Shown: positions 59,101 through 64,000 of the stretch, one piece after another
Layout: each line of letters begins with the position of its first letter
How positions within the stretch are numbered: position 1 is the first letter of the stretch
Assembly (NCBI GenBank): GCA_046313635.1
Contig: JBKBYA010000002.1
Coordinates: 32,001 to 96,000, forward strand
Length of the DNA stretch: 64,000 nt
Direction: 5' to 3'
Source of the DNA: Pyrinomonadaceae bacterium
GTDB lineage: Bacteria; Acidobacteriota; Blastocatellia; Pyrinomonadales; Pyrinomonadaceae
Translations under genes and position numbers: made by a program
Notes under the pieces: model-generated
Databases searched by the model: none
Told to the model about the DNA's origin: nothing
The model's input: only the letters and a program-made list of their open reading frames with translations

Positions 59101-60178
59101 CGCCGGAGCCGTCAGCGTGCGTTGGTCGCGATCCGTCGCCACCCTCGTCCGTCGAGACATCTTCGTCTCCCGAGAATACCCAGCCTCTTCGCCAAAAATA
59201 GACCAGCAGCAGCACCGTGATCAGGGCCATCAGTCCGAGCGTCGCAAAGTAGCCGTACGGCGAGCGGAGCTCGGGCATATACTCGAAGTTCATCCCGTAA
59301 ATGCCCGCGATCAGCGTCAGCGGCAGAATGATCGCCGAAACGACGGCGAGCGTTTTCATCACGTCGTTGGTCCGGTTGGCGACGACGGCGAAGTGGATCT
59401 CCATCAGTCCGCTGATCAGGTCGCGGTAGTTTTCAGCAAGGTCCGAGATCCGCTGCAGGTGATCGTGCACGTCGCGAAAAAACGGCAGCACGTTCCCCGG
59501 GATCTGCGGGAACTCGCCGTGCGACATTCGATAAAGAACCTCGAGCTGCCGCGTCGAGATACGACGCAGCCGTGCGACGCTGCGGCGGATGTCCATTATG
59601 TCTTCGAGGATCGCACTGCTGCCGCGCTTGAGGTTGAGTACCCTCTCTTCGAGCGCGTCGATGGCGTCGTCGTATTCGTCGACGAGCGGCATATAGTGGT
59701 CGACGATGTTGTCGAGTATCTGGTGCAGCAGGTACGCCGCGCCGCGCTGGCAGGCGAATGGACTGCTCCGCACCTGCTGCTTGACGAGCTTGATGCTGCG
59801 AAAGCGTTCGGCGTGAAATGTGACGACGAAATTCCTGCCGAGAAAACCGTCAAGCTCCTTCGTGACAAAATTGGTCGGCGACGTTTCGTCGGGCCGCACG
59901 CCGTGAACGATGAAATAAAGATATTCGGGAAACGCCTCGACCTTGGGCTGGTTGCGCGTCTCAAGACAGTCCTCGACCGTCAGATGGTGAAACTTAAAGA
60001 CATCGAGCAGCAGCTCCTTGATCTTTGGGATGTCGGCCGGGTCTTCGCCGCGGATGTCGACCCACACGACATTTGACTCGTCGGAAAGAAGCCCGCGCAG
60101 GTCCGCGATGCTGAAGCCCTCCTCGACACGTTCGGCGCCTTGCCGGTAAACAAAGATCTCAAGAAATCCGTTGTCCAT
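59081..60178 (-). CDS. corA: CorA magnesium/cobalt transporter
   Basis: WVD, FHHLTVEDC, PKVE, DVHDHL, MKTL, IAGIYGMNF..MPEL. Confidence 0.95.
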   Translation of the reverse strand: MDNGFLEIFVYRQGAERVEEGFSIADLRGLLSDESNVVWVDIRGEDPADIPKIKELLLDVFKFHHLTVEDCLETRNQPKVEAFPEYLYFIVHGVRPDETSPTNFVTKELDGFLGRNFVVTFHAERFRSIKLVKQQVRSSPFACQRGAAYLLHQILDNIVDHYMPLVDEYDDAIDALEERVLNLKRGSSAILEDIMDIRRSVARLRRISTRQLEVLYRMSHGEFPQIPGNVLPFFRDVHDHLQRISDLAENYRDLISGLMEIHFAVVANRTNDVMKTLAVVSAIILPLTLIAGIYGMNFEYMPELRSPYGYFATLGLMALITVLLLVYFWRRGWVFSGDEDVSTDEGGDGSRPTHADGSGVTPPTP

Positions 60179-60265
60179 AGAGAGCTTGCGTCGCTGTGGG
60201 CGAGTATAGCCGATGGCCGGCGGCAGCGGCCAGCCCGCCAATTGTTGTATCATCGACGCGGTCCT

Positions 60266-61243
60266 ATGAACGATACGGATGTCAGTCTGCGGGTCATCGG
60301 CGTGTCGAAGCGCTTCGGCGAATTTGCGGCGGTCGACGATCTGAGCTTCGAGGTTCGCCGCGGTCGTGTCTTTGGCTTTCTCGGGCCGAACGGCGCCGGT
60401 AAGACCACGACGATCCGAATGATCGTCGGCATCACCGCGCCCGACGAAGGGCGGATCGAGTACGCGTTCTCGAGGGATGAGGGAGGAGGGATGAGGGATG
60501 AAGAGGGAGGGCGCGACTTTGATCCCTCATCCTTCATCACTCATCCCTCGTTCACCGATCGCATCGGTTATCTGCCAGAGGAGCGAGGGCTGTACAAGAA
60601 GCTGAAGATCGTCGACCAGCTCAAGTACTTTGCCGCGCTCAAGAACGTGCCCGCCGCCGAGGCAGAGCGGCGTATCGACTTCTGGATGGAGCGAATGAAG
60701 CTTGCCGAATGGAAGTCGAAAAAGACGACCGACCTCTCAAAGGGAATGCAGCAAAAGATCCAGTTCATCTCGACCGTGCTGCACGATCCGGACCTGCTGA
60801 TACTCGACGAGCCCTTCTCGGGCCTCGATCCGGTAAATGTCGAGTTTATGATCGAAATTCTGAGCGAATTCAAAACGCGCGACAAGACGATCATCTTTTC
60901 GACGCATCTGATGGAGACCGCCGAGCGTCTGTGCAGCGACATACTGCTTATCAACAAGGGCCGAAAGGTCGTCGTCGGCAGCCTGCGCGAGGTCAAGCAG
61001 AGCTTTGGCAAAAATCTCATCGCCCTGCGCGCGAGCAACGTCGACGGCGTGCTCGCCGACCGTTCGCTGGTCGAGGAGGTCACCGAGCACGCCGACGAGC
61101 TGGAGCTCCGACTCGCGGGCGGCTGCGACGCGCAGACACTCTTGCGGCGCCTCGTCGACGCGGGCGCGGTCATTTCCAAATTTGAGAAGCTCGAACCAAG
61201 CCTCAACGATATCTTTATCGAGCAGGTCACACGGAACGAATAG
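60266..61243 (+). CDS. ABC-2 transporter ATP-binding protein
   Basis: GPNGAGKTT, GYLPEERGLY, LSKGMQQK, ILDEPFSGLDP, FSTH. Confidence 0.95.
   Translation: MNDTDVSLRVIGVSKRFGEFAAVDDLSFEVRRGRVFGFLGPNGAGKTTTIRMIVGITAPDEGRIEYAFSRDEGGGMRDEEGGRDFDPSSFITHPSFTDRIGYLPEERGLYKKLKIVDQLKYFAALKNVPAAEAERRIDFWMERMKLAEWKSKKTTDLSKGMQQKIQFISTVLHDPDLLILDEPFSGLDPVNVEFMIEILSEFKTRDKTIIFSTHLMETAERLCSDILLINKGRKVVVGSLREVKQSFGKNLIALRASNVDGVLADRSLVEEVTEHADELELRLAGGCDAQTLLRRLVDAGAVISKFEKLEPSLNDIFIEQVTRNE
60471..60550. repeat. in-frame heptamer inverted-repeat element inside the ABC ATPase
   Basis: CGAGGGA TGAGGGA GGAGGGA TGAGGGA TGA ... TCCCTCA TCCTTCA TCACTCA TCCCTCG. Confidence 0.92.
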
Positions 61244-61279
61244 TTGAAAGCGGACGATCGAGAGCAGGTTTGCCACGTT

Positions 61280-61360
61280 ATGAGCGGGAGTATTTTGAGA
61301 GAGAAGTCTTACAAGTTTGCGCGTGACTATCGGCCGCCCACTATCAAGCATCACTTATGA
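61280..61360 (+). pseudogene. probable 5' remnant of a four-helix-bundle protein gene
   Basis: MSGSILREKSYKFA(RDYRPPTIKHHL*) resembles four-helix-bundle N-termini from memory (I..KS..FA); AT-richer than its flanks; bracketed by degenerate heptamer inverted arms. Confidence 0.5.
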
Positions 61361-62727
61361 GAAAGTTTTTCGCCGTCGTCAAGCACGAATACAAAAAGGT
61401 CGTTCTCAAGTGGTCTTTCCTGATCGGTACGCTGATGCTGCCGATGCTCGCGGCGGTCTTTGCCGCCGTGCCTGCGATCATCTTTTCGATCGAGGGCGAA
61501 CCGACACGGATCGTGGTCGTCGACCCTTCGGGCAAGATCGAGCCGCGGCTTAGGTCGGAGCTCTCGGCCGAAGGAGCAGGCCAACGATCGAAAAAGGCGG
61601 CGACAGACTCGCTGCGCGACCTGGGCGCCTCGCAGCAGGAAAAGATGCGTCGCAGTGCGGAGCAGCTCGGCGCCGCGTTCGAATTCGTCGATCCTCCGTC
61701 GGCCCCGGCCTCGATCGTCGGCTCGGGCAGCGAGGCGATGCGGCAGGACCTCAACGCGATGATCCGCAGCGGCGAGATCGACGCCTACCTCATCGTGCCG
61801 CAGGACCCGGGCGACTCGACCGCGACATTCGAATTTCGATCGCGTAAGGCCGGCGACCCGATCATGCGCGAGAGCCTGCGCGACGCGCTCAACAATGCGG
61901 TTCGCTCGCAGCGGCTCGCCGACGCGAATATCAGCGAGCGGCACCTTGAGGAGCTGAGCTCCGAAGTGAAGCTTGACGTCAAGGGCGTCGATGTCACCGG
62001 CGAAGAGAAGAACAGCGACGGGCTGATGGTCGCATCATTCGTGATCGGATTGATGATCTACATCACGCTCGCGATCTACGGCCAGCAGATAATGGGCGCC
62101 GTCGTCGAAGAAAAGGAGACCCGGATAGCGGAGATACTCTTCTCGTCGGCGCGGCCCTTTACGCTGATGATGGGCAAGCTCGTCGGCGTCGGCCTCGCGG
62201 GCCTGACGCAGCTCGCGATATGGTTGGCCACCGCGGCCGCGCTGGTCGGCGTCATGGTCGCGCAGCCTGGCGTACGAGAGGCCGTCGGCGACGGCCTGCC
62301 GACCATCACGCCGCTTATGGTTGCGTACTTTCTGATCTTTTTTATGCTCGGCTTTTTTATCTATGCGTCAATATTTGCCTTGATCGGCTCGATGGTGACG
62401 ACCGTTCAGGAGGGAGGACAATTTGCGTTTCCGCCGGTGATGGTCCTCCTGATCGGATTTTATTTCAGCTTTGCGGTGATGCGCGATCCGGGCTCGGATC
62501 TGTCCTTTTGGGTCTCGATATCGCCGTTCTTTGCGCCGATAACGATGCCGGTCAGGATACTCGCCGAAACACCGCCGTTTTGGCAGATCGCACTTTCGCT
62601 TTTCGTCAACGCGGCCGCGATCGCAGGTCTCGTCTGGCTCGCCGCCCGGGTCTATCGCGTCGGAATGCTGATGTACGGCAAGCGAGCGACGATACCCGAG
62701 GTCTGGAAGTGGATCAGAATGAGCTAG
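61357..62727 (+). CDS. ABC-2 transporter permease (NatB/YhaP-like)
   Basis: VVEEKETRIAEILFSS, MMGKLVG, PFFAP..MP.R, YRVG.L.YG. Confidence 0.93.
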   Translation: MRKFFAVVKHEYKKVVLKWSFLIGTLMLPMLAAVFAAVPAIIFSIEGEPTRIVVVDPSGKIEPRLRSELSAEGAGQRSKKAATDSLRDLGASQQEKMRRSAEQLGAAFEFVDPPSAPASIVGSGSEAMRQDLNAMIRSGEIDAYLIVPQDPGDSTATFEFRSRKAGDPIMRESLRDALNNAVRSQRLADANISERHLEELSSEVKLDVKGVDVTGEEKNSDGLMVASFVIGLMIYITLAIYGQQIMGAVVEEKETRIAEILFSSARPFTLMMGKLVGVGLAGLTQLAIWLATAAALVGVMVAQPGVREAVGDGLPTITPLMVAYFLIFFMLGFFIYASIFALIGSMVTTVQEGGQFAFPPVMVLLIGFYFSFAVMRDPGSDLSFWVSISPFFAPITMPVRILAETPPFWQIALSLFVNAAAIAGLVWLAARVYRVGMLMYGKRATIPEVWKWIRMS

Positions 62728-62734
62728 CGAAACG

Positions 62735-63292
62735 ATGGGGATCGAGATCGAAAAAAAATACAGGATAGACGCCGCGCTCGCCGAGCGGGTCCGTCATTCA
62801 CTGCGAGAGGCCGGGGCCGAGCGGCAGGGCGAGGTCTTTGAGGAGAACACGATCTACCGCGGCGGAGTGCTCGATGCGATAGGCGGCGTCTTTCGCATAC
62901 GGCGCATCGACGGGGGCAGGGGCATCTTTACGTTCAAACGTCGAATAGAGCACGCCTCAGATGCCAAAACACAGGTCGAACACGAGACCGAGGTCGCTGA
63001 CCCGGACGAGTTGGCGGCCATCTTGGCCGAGGCCGCCTTTGAGCCGCGTCTGGTTTACGAGAAGCGCCGCGAGACGTGGAGCTTTCGCAAGGTGGAGATC
63101 GTGATCGACGAGCTGCCGTTCGGGATGTTCATGGAGATCGAGGGCTCGCTGACCGGCATTCGCGAGGCCGAGCTCCTGCTTGATCTCGACGACCTCGAGG
63201 TCGAGCATGAAACATATCCGCGGCTGACGCTGAAACTCGGTGAAAGGCGCGAAAACATCGTCGAGGCCAGGTTCAAACGATCAACAGAGTGA
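62735..63292 (+). CDS. CYTH-domain protein (class IV adenylate cyclase-like)
   Basis: EIEKKY (ExExK), FRIRR, EHET, YEKRRE, FMEIEG. Confidence 0.9.
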   Translation: MGIEIEKKYRIDAALAERVRHSLREAGAERQGEVFEENTIYRGGVLDAIGGVFRIRRIDGGRGIFTFKRRIEHASDAKTQVEHETEVADPDELAAILAEAAFEPRLVYEKRRETWSFRKVEIVIDELPFGMFMEIEGSLTGIREAELLLDLDDLEVEHETYPRLTLKLGERRENIVEARFKRSTE

Positions 63293-63302
63293 CCGTCGGC
63301 AG

Positions 63303-64000
63303 TTAACCCTTCTGGTTAAGCTGAAGGATCGCTCGGGTAAGGATGTCGGGGTCGAAGGGTTTCGTACAGTACCCGTCAAAGCCCGCCTCGTACGCCCGCT
63401 GCTTGTTCTCGTTCCCGGCAAACGCGCTCAGTGCAAGCGCGGGAACCTGACCGCCGACCTCAGACGGCAGTCCACGCAGCCGCCTGAGCAGCGAGTATCC
63501 ATCCTCCTCCGGCATAGCGAGGTCCGAAATGACGACGTCGGGCAGCCGGCCGCGCATCTCTGCCAGAGCGGCCATCGCCGACCGCGCCGAATCGACCGAG
63601 CGCACCTCGGCGCCCGCCTGCTCGAGAAAAAGCTGCAGCACCTCACGCGAATCCGCGTCGTCCTCGACGACGAGCAGTCTGACCCCGCGCAGCGGGCGGG
63701 CGCCTAGCTCCGCCTGAGGCGAGTCGGCGTCTTCGGCCGGGTCCTCGACCTGTTTGAGCGGCAGCCTGACGACGAATGTCGAGCCGTGACCGAGCCCCTG
63801 GCTCATCGCTTGCACCGTGCCCCCGTGCTTGCTGATCAGGATGTTTGCGATCGACAGCCCGAGCCCGAGACCGCCTTTTCTGATGTCGTTTGACGGGTCG
63901 CCCTGCGAGAATTGCTTAAAGATGTTTGGCAAGGCCTCCGGACTAATGCCTCGGCCGTTGTCGGCCACACGCACCTCGACCGTATCTTCACCGGCCGTGA
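63303..64000 (-). CDS. hybrid sensor histidine kinase/response regulator, C-terminal part (runs off the window)
   Basis: DNGRGI, IF..F.Q, GGLGLGL, HGG, G.GSTF, then receiver VVEDD, DVVISDLAMP..DG, KPF. Confidence 0.92.
   Translation of the reverse strand, partial: TAGEDTVEVRVADNGRGISPEALPNIFKQFSQGDPSNDIRKGGLGLGLSIANILISKHGGTVQAMSQGLGHGSTFVVRLPLKQVEDPAEDADSPQAELGARPLRGVRLLVVEDDADSREVLQLFLEQAGAEVRSVDSARSAMAALAEMRGRLPDVVISDLAMPEEDGYSLLRRLRGLPSEVGGQVPALALSAFAGNENKQRAYEAGFDGYCTKPFDPDILTRAILQLNQKG

Overview
GC-rich bacterial chromosome segment made up almost entirely of core genes. Gene content and order (pth-rpsF-rpsR-rplI-dnaB with no ssb in between, TPR/cohesin-type secretin, Oar-like TonB receptor) suggest Acidobacteriota, probably Blastocatellia; this is an inference, not a search result. 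It holds translation loci (rpsF-rpsR-rplI; rplM-rpsI-rpsB-tsf-pyrH-frr; rimP-nusA-infB-rbfA; smpB; tRNA-Gln), dnaB, uvrD/pcrA, coaBC, sucC, pepA, cinA, a secretin/pseudopilin module, an ECF sigma/anti-sigma locus, ugd plus an epimerase, corA and an ABC-2 transporter. I saw no CRISPR array, prophage, transposase or rRNA. Two signals stand out. (1) About ten short elements are built from 7-nt (also 8- and 9-nt) tandem units, nearly all arranged as inverted-repeat hairpins and mostly with different unit sequences. Three sit in-frame inside conserved genes (NagX-like gene, coaBC, ABC ATPase), several sit between co-transcribed housekeeping genes, and one encloses what looks like the 5' stub of a four-helix-bundle gene. 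This suggests a cassette-type insertion system. (2) A haloarchaeal-like C50 (bacterioruberin-type) carotenoid cluster: crtB, crtI/crtD, lyeJ and a CruF-Idi fusion. Smaller points: a tandem uracil-DNA glycosylase paralog lacking the Fe-S cysteines, an unannotated 57-aa leaderless membrane protein, and paired secreted proteins with a shared C-terminal TM...VSPxR tail.
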